From Eledone cirrhosa (lineage: Eukaryota), in the NCBI GenBank assembly GCA_964016885.1, contig OZ024740.1, positions 182,652,001-182,716,000 of the forward strand: 64,000 nt of DNA. Direction: 5' to 3'. Below the pieces are notes generated by a model. It did no database searches and had not been told where the DNA came from. It saw only the letters and a program-made list of their open reading frames with translations. Shown here one piece after another: positions 1 through 13,429 of the stretch. Within the stretch, counting starts at the first letter, position 1; each line of letters starts with the position of its first letter. A program made the position numbers and the translations under genes.

Positions 1-336
1 TCAGAGCATTTATTCCAATTTCTAATTTCTGCCGGACCGGCAACCGCTCTTTCAAACCAGTTCCTGTACACAGCTAAGTATTCTATAAGTCTCTAGCTGT
101 GTCATTCTCGATAAAAGCACTGGATATGTAGTCCTGATGATTTCTAACAAGAATGAAACGCGTAGATTACTTCCCTTGCTTTTATCGAGAATCTAATTGT
201 AATACGTGACGTATTCTATTCTATAGCGATTAGGTCTTCAAAATGTTTATTATAAACATACAGAATATTTTCGAATATTCTATGTCTATATTCACATATA
301 TATCGCTATTTCAGAGCATTTATTCCAATTTCTAAT
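1..336 (+). mobile_element. Non-coding hammerhead-bearing retrozyme/PLE pseudo-LTR-like unit (310-bp period, runs off the window edge)
   Basis: tcagagcatttattccaatttctaat repeats at 1 and 311; contains the hammerhead at 128-170; shares blocks (gaccggcaaccgctct, cagttcctg, tatcgctatttcagagca) with 15318-15730. Confidence 0.75.
128..170 (+). ncRNA. Type I hammerhead ribozyme
   Basis: Stem I GUAGUC/GAUUAC, core CUGAUGA (134-140), stem II UUCU/AGAA, GAAAC-GC-GU, GUA cleavage triplet; stem I extended by attctcgataaaagca/tgcttttatcgagaat. Confidence 0.85.
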
Positions 337-414
337 AATAGTTGTTTCTACTTTTTTGGCGCAGGGCCAGCGATTGCCCAGTGCATTGCTGGTGCTTTGT
401 TTTATCGACCCCGT
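335..414 (-). mobile_element. tRNA-derived SINE family A, 3' fragment
   Basis: Matches the 3' half (ggggtcgataaa...gtagaaacaa) of the full copies. Confidence 0.75.
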
Positions 415-427
415 ATAATATAATAAT

Positions 428-616
428 AATAATTGTTTCTACTTTAGGAACAAGGCCAGCAAATTACCCCGTGCATTACTGGTACTTCATTTTATCGACC
501 CCGTAAGGATGAAAGGCAAAGTCAACCTCGGCGGGATTTGAAATCAGATCGTAAACGGACGTAACTATGCTGGAAAGCATGGCGTCCGACCTTCTACCGA
601 TACTGTCAATCCACCA
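428..616 (-). mobile_element. tRNA-derived SINE family A
   Basis: About 190-bp repeat present more than 10 times in the window; Pol III A/B-box-like head, central gcctttcatccttacggggtcgataaaa block, (TTA)n tail. Confidence 0.9.
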
Positions 617-649
617 AGTTTTTATCTATTTATTTGTTTATTTATTTAT

Positions 650-3600
650 GTTCGTCTACAGCGTGATGGTGCCACGCTAAAATCACCGGGGGTGATCAAA
701 TCACTGGGGGTGATGAAATCACAGGTGATTATGTAACCATACATTCACCAATCCTCGATATGAGTGTTTAAATGTCGAAACTAAACAGTTCGAATAATGG
801 TGAAGAGGAGAGTGGAACGTTATGCGCCAGACTCTCACACAGCTGGTGCTCCCTGGCCCAGCAGCAGGGACCTGGCTGTCATCCAAATACTGCTAGTGTT
901 GTAGGAAGAAGAAGGAAAGGTACAAGAACCAACTGGACGAAAGAATTGAATAGAAGTGTTATGCAATGTGACCTGAAGAGTAACCCCAAGGAAAAAGGCT
1001 AAAGGAAATTGATGCATAACATCTGGAACGAGATTGGTCTATTTAAATTAGATGAACAAAGATTGGCCGGGCAGGCTCGGGTAATAAGAACTAAATGATA
1101 GATAAGCGAGCTGGAACTGGAGGAACTGAGCAGAGAGATTAGGTTGGAAATGGAGAGTGGAGTATGCAAGGCAAACGAGCCAATGGGAAATGAAGGTGAA
1201 GAGTTTGAGAGAACGGAGAAAGCATCCGAAGCAGACAATGATCTAAATGCTGAAATAAATAATATCTGGAACAAAGATACGGCCATTGAGGATATGAATG
1301 CTGACGGGCTAGGACAAGATTTGGTTGATATCCTAAACTTAGTGGTAGATGAAATGAACAATGATAGTGGGAAACCTATGAACCTAAGATTGAACCTTCA
1401 CCAATGCAACAATATCCTCAAAGCAACAGCAAATGCGGTGAGGAAATTACTTGGCATAAAACGAGAGGAAACAACACAACAAACAAGAAAGATCAGAACC
1501 TTGGTGGAAGAAACGGCTGAGTGGTCAAATGAGGGAAATGAGAAATGACATTGGAAAGCTTGAGTCCCTACTGAATGGGACACTACAAAACATAGACACT
1601 AAAAATAGACTGGAAATAAAGTACAAAACTAGGAGGAAAAAGCTAAATATTATCATAGACGAACTGAAGCAATGCATTGTAGCAAAGGGTGCAAAGATTA
1701 GGCGATATGAAAGCAGAGTCAGTCAGTATAGACAGAACCACATGTTTGACAACAACCAGAAGATGTTGTTTGGACAGCTTGAAGGGAAAGAAAGAGGCAA
1801 CGACTTGATCCCTGAGGCGGAACAGACTAAGACATTCTGGAGAGGAATACGGGAGCAAGATGTTGAACATAATGATCAGGCAGTGTGGATTGAGACAGTA
1901 CAAAAGGAGATTAGTGAACAAGCACACCAACAAACTGATTTGAGTATTACAGTTGAAACTCTTAAAGGGCAGGCCAAAAAACTAAACCAACTGGAAATCA
2001 CCAGGCCCAGATGGTGTGGTATTGGATTAAAAATATAACATCCCTCCACCTGAAACTGACAACCAGTTCAATGACTGCTTGAAGTCAGGTGAGGTACCAG
2101 AGTGGTTGACAAAGGGTACCACAGTTCTGGTAATGAAAGACCGAATCAAGGGTAATGATGTTACCAACTATAGACCTATCACATGTCTGTCCGTAATGTG
2201 GAAACTGTTAACAAGCATTGTATCTGAGGAAATCTACCATCAACTCTACATAAACAACTTGTTACCGGACGAATAGAAAGGATGCCGAAAGAAGTCCCAT
2301 TGTACAAAGGACCAGTTACTTATTGATAAGATGGTAATGAGGAATTGCAAGAGGAGACACACTCGTCCTGCCATGGGATGGATAGACTACAAAAAGGCAT
2401 TCGACATGGTACCTCATTCTTGGATAACCAAAAGCCTAGAGATCTTCAAGGTGGCAGATAACATCAGACAGTTGTTGAGCAAAAGTATGAAGTCCTGGAA
2501 AACAGAGTTAACATTGGGTGGAGAATCCTTGGGAGGCGTGAAGATCAAGAGAGGTATCTTCAAGGGAGATAGTTTGTCCCCTCTGTTGTTTGTCCTTGCT
2601 CTGATACCCCTGACCATTTTACTGCGAAAAGTGAGAGCAGGATACAAGTTGGGAAGAGTGAGAAGGAGTTGGATATACTTGTTGAGACTGTCCGTATTTT
2701 CAGCAATGATATATGTATGCAATTTGGTATTAATAAGTGTGGAGTTCTAGTGATGAAGAGGGGTAAATTGAGCAGAAGCAATGGAATCCAGGTACCAACA
2801 GGTGAGATGATAAAGGAAATTGACACTGAAGAAGGATACAAATATTTAGGTGTTCTGGAGGCAGATGACATCAAGAACAATAAAATGAAGGAATTGATAA
2901 GATCTGATTACATTAGGAGAATAAGGAGCATATTAAAATCACATCTGAATAGTAGGAATGTCATAAGTGCAGTGAATTCCCAAGCTGTGTCTATTATTAG
3001 GTACAGTGCGGGAATTCTGAAATGAAATGTTGCTGAACAAAAAGAAAGGGATAGGAAGACTAGGAAGCTATTGACTATCTACAACATGTTCGACAAGAGG
3101 AATGATGTCGATAGACTCTACTTAAAGTGATCTGTAGGTGGAAGAGGTCTTATCAGCATAGAGGACTGTGTTCAGATGGAGAAAAACAACCTACACAAAT
3201 ACGTGACTGACAGTAGGGAGCCAATGCTCAGAATTGTACTGAAGGAGAGGACAATAGACCAGGGGATGTCCAAGGAGGAAATAACAGCAACGAGGAAGAG
3301 CAACCTTCATGAAAAATCCCTTCATAGTACCTTCTTTGAGAAAACTGAATTTAGAGATCCACAGACATGGAACTCGTTGAAAAGAGGAGACCTTAAAAAG
3401 GCTACAGAAGGAATACTAATGGCTGTGCAAGAGCAGGCCCTCAAAACGAAGTGAGTGAAACACCATATTTACGAGGAGGCTAGCCCACTGTGTAGGATCT
3501 GTGGAGAGAGAGAGAGGAGACCATGGCTCACATTGTATCCGAGTGTAAACACCTAGCCCAGACTCACTATAAAGGCTGGAGACATGATGTGATGGGCAGG

Positions 3601-4150
3601 GTGATCCACTGGCACCTATGCAAAGTAAACAATTTACTACATTCTGAGAAGTGGTATGAGCATAAGCCAGAGTGGGTGATAGAAAACGATCAGGTGAAGG
3701 TGCTATGGGATTTTAGGATACAAACAGACAAGAAGCTGGAACACAATAGACCTGACCTGGTGGTTTTGGAGAAGGAAAAAAGATTGTGCATGATTGTAGA
3801 TGTAGCCTGCCCATTCGACACGAGAGTGCAAGAGAAGGAGAAGGAGAAAATTAACCGATACCAGGACTTAAAGTGGGAGGTAAAAAGGATTTGGAACTGC
3901 CATGAAGTCAGAGTGGTCCCGATTGTTATAGGCGCACTAGGTACTATCTCAAAGAGTTTTGAAGGATGGTTAAAGAAAATTAGTCCAGCCCCGCTTTTTA
4001 GAACACTTCAAAAGGCATGTTTGCTGGGAACAGCAAGAACCCTCCGATAAGTCCTGAATATCTGAGGCTGGAGGTAGTGGCTTGATATTCATTTCAACAA
4101 ACTTTCCAGTTAAATAACATCAATGACTGAGACTCAAAGAATAATAATAA
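650..4150 (+). mobile_element. R4/Dong-like non-LTR retrotransposon (RT + restriction-like endonuclease), near full length, inactivated
   Basis: ORF fragments give [40 protein letters not shown], zinc knuckle CRICGE..HIVSEC, RHD and NRPDLVV..D..KEKEKINRY; many stops and frameshifts; the YxDD segment appears deleted near 2650; (TAA)n tail. Confidence 0.88.
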
Positions 4151-4338
4151 TTGTTTCTACTTTTGGCACAAGGCCAGGAATTACCTAGTGCATTACTGGA
4201 ACTTTATTTTATCGACTCCGTAAGGATGAAAGGCAAAGTTAACCTCGGCGGGATTTGAACTCAGAATAGCAAGGGCCGTAACTCTATGCTGCAAAGCATG
4301 GCGTCCGACCCTCTACCGATACTGCCAATCCACCGCCT
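4141..4338 (-). mobile_element. tRNA-derived SINE family A inserted in the LINE 3' tail
   Basis: Full copy; target-site duplication tcaaagaataataataa at about 4134 and 4339. Confidence 0.9.
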
Positions 4339-4344
4339 TCAAAG

Positions 4345-4730
4345 AATAATAATAATAAACAAAATATAGTTACTTTAGATCTTCACTATTTGTTTTATTA
4401 TATATATTTCGAAGATACAAAGCTTATGTATAACATAATCCAAAACATGTTCTCATCAGATAAAATGCATAGGAGATGCAGATTTCTGGACAGATCGGTG
4501 ACAACCAAGCATAATTTTGTCTGACAAGAACATGTTTTGGATTATGTAATACATAAACCTTGCATCTCTGAAATATATATAATAAAATAGATAGGAATGA
4601 TCTAAAGTAACTATCTTTTGTTTATTATTATTATAATAATCCAGATAAATATATACCGCTGGGTGCTCGACATCTGTTATATATAAGTCAGCTGATTATA
4701 ACTCAACTTACTTTTTTTCATTGAACAATA
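4345..4730. mobile_element. Inverted pair of hammerhead-bearing pseudo-LTR fragments
   Basis: Arms about 4345-4468 and 4510-4632 are imperfect reverse complements; the right arm continues to a TA tract. Confidence 0.7.
4393..4465 (-). ncRNA. Type I hammerhead ribozyme with long stem II
   Basis: Minus strand reads ttttat CTGATGA gaa...ttc GAAA tatata TA ataaaa; the + arm copy has a decayed core CTGACAA. Confidence 0.7.
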
Positions 4731-5335
4731 TATATAAATATATATATATATATACATAAGCTGGAAGAGAGAAAGAGAAGAAAGGAATCTGTTTATGATG
4801 AGGGCCCAGGGTTTTTGCCCCACCAGCCCCCAATAAATACTGATATACGTATGTATTCATGTATATATAAATATATATGTGCATGCATACACACACATCC
4901 ATATATACAAAACAGACTTTTGCATATTCCATTCTCGAAGCATTTGTCAACACAATATGATAATAGAATACATGTGTATACATTGCTCTGCTTGGGTTTA
5001 TCATTTAATATCATATTTGATAGCAAAGTCAAAGAAAGAAGTGTGAAACAACATTTTGGAGGATCTATGTCACTGGTGGGGGAAAGGAAAGAAGAGTAGA
5101 AAAACAGATTACATGTACCATTTTGTGGATGTCCCATGAGAATGGTGGGATGAATGAGAAGACAGGAGAAAAGTAAACATAACTTTTTTTTAGATGAGAA
5201 TAAATCCATTTAACACTTTTTAGAAGACTAAAGGAACTCCAATTCCTATGTTGCTGCAGTTGAAAACACATCATTATCGTTATTATAGTTATACATAAAT
5301 ATAATTGTTTGTACTTTAGGCACAAGGCCATACAT

Positions 5336-5668
5336 ATCATTTCATTTCATTTCATTTTACGTCCGTTTTTCCCTGCTTGCAAGGGTGGGACAGGAACTGA
5401 TTCTGGCTTGATTTCTACAGCTGGATGCCCTTCCTAACATTTACAGTGAGTGCTGGGTGCTTTTTTGCCGTGGCACCTCCACGATCACTTTGCAGTGGAA
5501 TGATATGGACCCCTGTCCCTATCATCTCATTTCTACAGCTGAGTAAACAGGAGCAATGTGAAATAAAGTGTCTTGCTCAAGGAAACAACACATCACCCGG
5601 TCAGAGAATTGAACTCACAACCTTTCAATTGCAAGGCCAATGCTCTAACCACTAAGCCATGTGCCTCC
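5336..5668 (-). mobile_element. tRNA-derived CORE-like SINE family B with RTE-type tail
   Basis: Reverse complement of 35739-36083; head ggaggcacatggcttagtggttagagc; ccttgagcaagacacttt block. Confidence 0.88.
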
Positions 5669-5690
5669 ATAAGTTATACATAAATATAAT

Positions 5691-5881
5691 GGCAGTGGAT
5701 TGGCAGTATCAGTAAAGGGTCGAACACCATGCTTTGCTGCATAGAGTTACGACCCTTTGCAGCCCAAGTTAAAATGCCGCTGAGGTTAACTTTGCCATTC
5801 ATCCTTACGGGGCCGATAAAATAAAGTTCCAGTAATGTACTGGAATAATTGCTGGCCTTGTGCCTAAAGTAGAAACAGTTA
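5691..5881 (+). mobile_element. tRNA-derived SINE family A (diverged)
   Basis: Collinear with the 39852-40041 copy. Confidence 0.85.
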
Positions 5882-6779
5882 TAGTTAGTTATACACAAAC
5901 TGGAGACCAGTCCATATTTTTGTAACAGAGTGGGCTCTACTAAATGTGAACTAGTGGTTTTAAAATCTACCACCCAATTACAGGTAGAGTCACTCTAATA
6001 GCCTGACACAGTTTCATTTTATGCAAAGTTACTCACAAGTTTATGGTGGGAGACACTTGGCCAAGTTCCTATGCCGTGGCATGAAACTCAACTTTGTGAT
6101 TCCAAAGTGTACTTCTATCAATTTTTCATCAGCCTATACATGGAGATGAGCCAAAATTAGTTCATTTGATAATTACATTAATTATACAAGAGTAAGACTT
6201 TAAATTTCAGAATAAGTGACATTGAAGCTATAACTTCTTACACAAATATCATTCAGAAATCAAAATAAATCGATTGGAAAAAAAATCAAGTATTACTGCA
6301 AAACCTCGCACATTTCCAATAATCATTATAAGAGCAATATTATAGTTATATAAACGTTTTTGGATGGCAGAATAGGTAGAATGGCAGACAAAGTAACTTC
6401 TAGAATATTATTTATGCTTCACATCGATTAGATGCTGTAAAGAGCTTAGTGATAGGAAGGGCATCCAACTACAGAAAGTTTGTCACACAAAGAGTTGGAA
6501 GAACCCTCATTTGTGACAAAGTCATCACAACTTCTGTGCACTTGGTAGAACATGAGACCATACACAAGCAAGCAAGTTGTAGATCCCTGGGCTGTTTGGG
6601 AGATGAGCAGTACTGATTTGTTGTTGTTGGTTTTTGTATTTATAATTTTATGTATAAAGCAGTAATATTATATCAGATTTATGAGATTCACTCTAATATG
6701 AGTTGCACCTGAGTTTCATAAAAGGTCCTCAACTGATATGTTTGGTGTATTTGGAGATGCTAAACCTATGTATGCCTTT

Positions 6780-7215
6780 GGGGTGTTGTTTTAGCAGTGT
6801 TACAAATTGAATTCATATGTGTGGCTGACAAAAGAAATGAAAGATGTCATCTAATTGTCACTTTGGCCTCAAACTCAGGTTCTGCTGCCCGCAATGCAGA
6901 AGATGGGAAGTAGTTAAATACAGCGGTCTGACCAACTGCTTCCTCTTTGTACCAGTCTCCACTGAGAACTCTGATATCCTTAGTTGCTACACAGCTGATT
7001 TCCCCCATAAAATCAGAATGACAGCAGTTCACTTGAGCAAGGAGAACCATGATGTTGGTTGGCTGTTGCAGCGAGCATCTCTGGCCATTCTCAGCGGTAT
7101 TGCCTTTGCCATTTGGTCCAGAGGGTGCAGTTGAAACACAGATCAGACTCAGTGGTATGTCTCTCCCTTTCTTTTGTTGTTTTATTCTTTTTTTCTTTTT
7201 CTTCTTTCCATTTCA
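6780..7215 (+). mobile_element. CRE-like LINE 3' fragment (restriction-like endonuclease C-terminus), decayed
   Basis: ORF 6844-7134 contains KYSGL...FVPVSTE and WLLQRASLAILSG, resembling the CRE C-terminal FxPxxxE and QRxSxAIxxGN motifs; T-rich 3' UTR follows. Confidence 0.55.
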
Positions 7216-7307
7216 TTTTTTGTTCTCTTTAATAATGTGTTTTGTTTTTGTATAAAAAGCTTTGTAAAATAAAATGGAGACTATTTGTTGCTGATATTCT
7301 AATAAAA

Positions 7308-7430
7308 GGCTACAATGTCATTGGAGGCTATGCTGTCATAGAAGGCTATGATGTCATTGTAGGCTATGATATCATTGGAGGTTATGACATCATTGGAGGT
7401 TATGACATCATAGGGAGCTATGATGACATA
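7308..7430 (+). repeat. 18-bp minisatellite, about 7 copies (ggctatgatgtcattgga-like)
   Basis: Direct tandem units visible; they translate as GYDIIG repeats. Confidence 0.85.
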
Positions 7431-9631
7431 AAGCATATCTACAATTGGATATACAATGAAATTTTAAATATGAATTCAATTTTAAACATAACCAGAAATG
7501 TCAGTTTTATTCCTGCAAGAAAATCTAAAATGTTTTGTTTAGAATATATTTTGTGTGAGGTAGCATTAAAAGTTCAATATATTCCATTCAAATAACACAA
7601 TATTTTTTATCAGAATGTGTATGAGAGATCCTTTTATTAAACATTGTCATATAAAATGTTTGTATATACATAGAAACATACACATACATATATGGTAAAT
7701 GCAATGTAGATATACCACCTGCTTTGGATTATCCTCTATACAAAGAAAAATGTCAAAAATTACTGTTATAGATTTTGGATATTATTGTTGCTTAATCAAA
7801 AGATTACTACCTTCAGAATTCTATATACAAAGGAATCATTCTCTGGAACTGCTATGTATGACATTTGGATGGAGAATACGATTGAAAGGATCAGCCTAAT
7901 TTTGCATGCCATACATTCATTTGGCAATGTGATTAATAAACTAATTGATATGTATGTTAAAACATAAGGGTAGAGGTGCATGGCCTTGTGGTAAGTATAT
8001 TGGAGTTATATCATAATGTTGTCGTTTTGATTCCTGGACTGGGTTGTGCATTGTGTTCTTGAACAAAACACTTTATTTCATGTTGCTCCAGTATATTTAG
8101 CTGAAAATGAGTATTACCAATAGCTGGGAGTTTAAACCTATGATGAACTGATCTCATGTCCAATGGGGAGTCTTGTATTCTCACTCACTTAACACCACAA
8201 AAACCAGGCTAAGCACCAGTCTGATGTGCATCTGGGCTTAAGACAGACATTTAGACTGAAATATAAGATTCTAGTAGAAGACACTTAAAGTGTCAAGCAG
8301 TGAGAAAGAAGTCATTACCAGGTGATTGATTCCCAAGCCCACATCCATGCTTGCGCTATTGAAAATATCATGGAAAATGAACTCCTGATCATCCATCTTT
8401 CTTTTAATCTATCTTACTAGGATTATTAATATGAACTATGATATTGCAACACATCTAATAAGGCAGTGATTTGGCATACTTGTTAATGTGATGGATTATA
8501 TACCCTGCACTATATTTTTCAGGGCAGTGGATTGGCAGAATATGCTTTACAATATATAGTTACATCTCTTTACATTCTGAGTTCAAATCCTACCAAAGTT
8601 AGTTTTGCCTTTCAGGATTATGGGGTCGATAACATAAAGTACTAGTCACAGACTGGGGTCAACTTAATCAACTTTATTCTCACCAAAATTGTTGGCCTTG
8701 TACCTAAATCAGAAACTATTATTTGTTCCAGTTTGCTACATTCTGATTTCAAATCCTCCGAAGGTCAACTTTATCATTCATCATTTTGGAGTCAGTAAAT
8801 AAAGTACCAGTCGAGAGCAGGGGATTAACTGAATTGTTAGAGCAAATATCTAGCAATATTTGGTACTGTTCAGTGTGTTCTGAGTTTAATTCTCACCTGT
8901 CACTAGAAAAATGGTGACATCATAGGGCTGAGGACTATCATTAAGAACACCCAAGAAACCTCCTATGAGATACAGCCTTTTACGTAGATGCATAACACAA
9001 CAGCCAATTTTCTGGAATAGGTATTTAGGATACTGAGAATGAGTGGTAGACCCAAAAACTTTAAAAAAAAATAATAACAACAAAGAAAGAATTGAAAGAA
9101 CTAGTATAGCTAAACACAATAGTAGAAGTGCTTATGACTAACCTAATGTAAAAAGATTTCACATTAAACAGTTTGGATTATAAAGGGGCATCTTGTAATC
9201 AATTACCATTTCTTATTATATATGTTTGTTCCTGCAAAATAAATATTACCATTTTCATATGATTAAAAATACTTTATTTTATGCCATTATATTTTGTACT
9301 AGGGTGTGATAGCAAAGGCAATAAAACTCTTGTCATATTTAGACATTTTAAAAAAGTGATGATTATATACTATATACATCCATGTGTTCACTCGACTTAA
9401 TGTTGTTCTATTGATGGAATGAAATTGTTATTTTGACAAACTAAAGAACATTTTCAACCATGCTATCCCCATAGATCAAAATTGTGTAATGCACTATAAT
9501 TTAATGACCAAAAATATATTTTGATATTCAAAAGATTATTTTGCTTTTTATATTTGAAATTTTACTATTTTTACTATTTTTATTTTGTTTTTAATATATT
9601 TCTTTTTTTATTATTTATTTTTTTACTACAG

Positions 9632-9643
9632 ATAGTTGCCGTG
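9632..9643 (+). other. Candidate 12-nt microexon of a host gene
   Basis: About 90-nt T-rich tract ending ttttttactacAG, exon ATAGTTGCCGTG, donor GTAAGT. Confidence 0.45.
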
Positions 9644-10190
9644 GTAAGTTAAATGTAAAAATTTATCTTCTGGTTTTGCTCAGATATTTTATTTGCTTCT
9701 TTGTTAGATATTATTATTATTACTAATATTATTATAATTAATATTATTATTATTATTAATGTTATTATTATTATTATTATTAATACACTGATTATTTATA
9801 GTTTCTTAGCAAGTTTAATCCTCCTGCTATTGTTATCTCGAATAGATAAAAAAAATCCTTCCTAAATATGGAATATATATATCTACTAACCATAAAATTC
9901 ATTGTCTTCTATGGCTGTTACACAGAAAATTGTGCTACAGGTCAAAGGTCAAAGCAATACTGGCTCAAAAAAAAAACATGGCAAGGTTGAGAAATTACCA
10001 ATACCAATGTTGATCAATACATACCATTAGTGACCCCCAAAGTATATAGCACGAGTATTTGCATAAACCAAGCGAACATTCTTTGAACATCTATATCTTT
10101 AGAATTATTTAGTTGCAATGCAGTGACCCTATCATAAATAATGTATGTGTATATAAATACATACTTACACACAGACTAATACACACAATA

Positions 10191-10317
<127 letters not shown>

Positions 10318-10980
10318 CGATAAAGAGGTAATGAAAGGATATTGGAATTGATATCACAAAGAGCAGTTTCTATTGCTGATTAACTCAACAAAGGTAAAAT
10401 ACGAGTCATAATGGTACCATTATTACTTTGATCCTTATGTGCGGAATCGAGGTTTTACTTATGGAAAGGCTACTTTATCAAACCAATCCTTTGTTTTTAA
10501 GCACATATAACTAACTCAGATACACAACTATTTCATTGAAAATATTTCTAGATCATATAGATTTCCCACACATACACACACAATATATATTTTGTATTTA
10601 TATATAGCCCTCATGAAAGGCCTAATGAATATTAGCAGACAAGTGCAATGTAAAATTCTATTTTCATTTATTAGATTTAAATATACTTCACTTGGATCTA
10701 TGGAATGTTTGAAGTAGAATATACAAAAATATAAAGAATATATGTTACATAATATTTCCGAATAAGCCATATAAAAAAAGAGAATATGATTATTTCTGTT
10801 CAATTTCCTACCAAATGTTTTAGATGAGCTAGAATATTTAATATAATGCAGTTACTCGAATCATTGCTAATTTCCAAGCCTTTGTTGATATGTTACCCCT
10901 GCTCTCATTCTCTAACATATATATGTGTGTGTGTGGTATACATACATATACATATGCAAGCAGGGAAAAGCAGATGTAAA

Positions 10981-11034
10981 ATGATGATGATGATGATGAT
11001 GATATATATATATATATGTATGTATATATATATA

Positions 11035-11110
<76 letters not shown>

Positions 11111-11135
11111 CATATATATATATATATACATATAA
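10981..11135. repeat. (ATG)n RTE/SINE tail followed by (TA)n
   Basis: tgcaagcagggaaaagcagatgtaaaatgatgatg matches the RTE 3' end at 30415-30465. Confidence 0.85.
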
Positions 11136-11781
11136 ACATCCATATATGCAACAAGCTAGTACTAAAAGAAACAATTTCAATAGGAAAAATTTGTGAAACA
11201 GAATGATATAAATGAAATATATATCTTATTACCATCACTTACCTTATCTTAAGTATTTTATAACTCAAAGTGTGTTTAAAGCAATTTGTGCAATTATATT
11301 TTTCCATTGTCAGATTGTTTAATATCTGTAGCTATAACCTCAAATTTCAACAGATTAAAATCTATAAAACTACACCAATGCACCATAATAAGCATATAGA
11401 TATGCACAACAGAAATAATCAGTACTATCATTTGCTAATCTCTTACTGATTTAATAATACATTAGGTGAAACTCGGATATATTCTTTGCATGTATGGTAG
11501 GTATCATGATAAAGTTTAGTGTGTTTCAGATCAGAAATAATTTATGGTTTTCTACTTACCACGAGAAGAAAGTATACAAATCGATATTTCATTTATCATA
11601 GATTAAATATTTACAAGCTACACTCATTTTAAAAATAGTGATTATGTAGCATCATCTCGTCAAATCTGAAAGAAAAATCATCTGTAAAATATGCATGAAA
11701 CTTATGAAATTACAAGGAAGAACATAAATTTGATGAAACTGTCAAATGTTGCTAACTCCCATTATTCTTTCTTGTCTTGTT

Positions 11782-11971
11782 GGATTGGTGGATTGGCAGT
11801 ATCGGTAGAGAGTCGGACGCCATGCTTTCCAGCATAGTTACGTCCCTTTACGATCTGAGTTCAAATCCCGCCGAGGTTGACTTTGCCTTTCATCCTTACG
11901 GGGTCGATAAAATAAAGTACCAGTAATGCACTGGGTAATTGCTGGCCTTGTGCCTAAAGTAGAAACAATTA
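11782..11971 (+). mobile_element. tRNA-derived SINE family A
   Basis: Full copy; A box TGGCAGTATCGG, B box GTTCAAATCC; TSD attattctttcttgtcttgtt at 11761 and 11968. Confidence 0.95.
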
Positions 11972-13398
11972 TTCTTTCTTGTCTTGTTTAATGTATACTT
12001 TATTAACAAGTCATAATGACATATAGGTTAAAGTACATGTAGACTAATACTTTTATCTCAGTGAATCTAGAAGTAAATGAACAATCTCTCAAATTATATT
12101 ATCATTACTAATAATTAAAACTTTCTCAGAAAATATTATTGAGTATTTATCATGAACAGTGATGGTAATAAGTTTTAATAACTAAGGGTATGCTAAGCTT
12201 AGCGAGGTTAAGAATGAGGGGACAGACATTAAAACACCCACCCATGCACGAGATATTGTAATGTAGGTGCTTGCCATCCAAATGTATCTAACCCCATTTC
12301 CATCGTTCTTCATTATTTTACATCTCCTTTCTATACTGGTATAGGTTAGATGTGTTGTCACAGTCTAAAACCTCGTCTGTTCCATATTTAGCATGCTTTC
12401 TATGTACCAAGTAATTTTTAGTTTTTATTGATCACAAATAAAGAATGTAATCAAAGCAGTACAGATTAAAACAGCCATAGCTGAAATGAGTAAATATATC
12501 ATAATTTGTTGGTGAATTAAATTTCAGCTCATGATATTTTATACATTCAACAGAATTGGATTGCTAACAATAAAGTTGTTGTCATTGATGGTGGCTTGTT
12601 TTACTGAAGTATGAGGTGAAGTTCTTGGCCATGCCTGCTTGTTCCAGCACATCATTGCAGGAATTACTGATTAAAGATCATGGTAAATAGTCTCTATAGG
12701 CCTGCCTATCATTGTGTTATTCAGGTAATGCATATTGAATGTGATTAGTTCAAGTGAAAAGAGGAGAGGGCCTAAGAGGTCATCCTGTTGAATGCACATG
12801 ATGATAGGAATTTATCCATGGTGAAGAGCATGGTCAGAGACCTATATGAGAAGTAGACCAAAGGGGAGATGGATGGAACATGATTGAGGCAATATTTGAG
12901 CAAGTGTTTGCAGTGCAGGCATTTCAAAACATTTCTCATATGAAGTTTGATGGAGGGATGCTTAGAATCTCTCAACACTGGCTTGAGTGAGAGGCCATTG
13001 ACAAACTGCCTAGAAATGAGGACAGCCCTTTTACATGTCAGCTACACTGACTCCAAGTTGCACTAGGCTTAATTCCTTGTGTAAATCAGAGACCAAAGGC
13101 CTGAAGATGATCATGGCAGCCAACCATCTGAAGACATTTCTCACAGTAATAGGGAATATACATTCTTCTTTCTTCCTAAGAGCAGTCTAACTGAAAGGAA
13201 GATGTCTGAGGGGTTGGAGTCCAGGGTTCTGTATATGAACCTGTTATCAAGAAATCTTGCAAAGCAAATTCAAAAACAACAGAAAGCAGAGTCCACACTG
13301 AAAATATGGTTGGTATTAGGAAAGGCATCCTGTAGAAATCTAGCCAGAAACAGCTCTGTTTGAGTTGAATACGGTCACCTGACCGATGATGATGAAAC

Positions 13399-13424
<26 letters not shown>

Positions 13425-13429
<5 letters not shown>

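Noticed and set aside
7242-7595. 117-aa ORF with GYDIIG repeats
   Set aside because: Explained by the 18-bp minisatellite; no convincing splice or start context
10838-11238. ORFs rich in YI/IY/VC repeats here and at 20.7, 25.8, 33, 46.9, 53.1, 60, 61.4 and 63.1 kb
   Set aside because: They are translations of (TA)n/(TG)n microsatellites, which lack stop codons
11782-11880. tRNA gene
   Set aside because: A/B boxes are present but belong to a multi-copy SINE with a tail and TSD; no full cloverleaf
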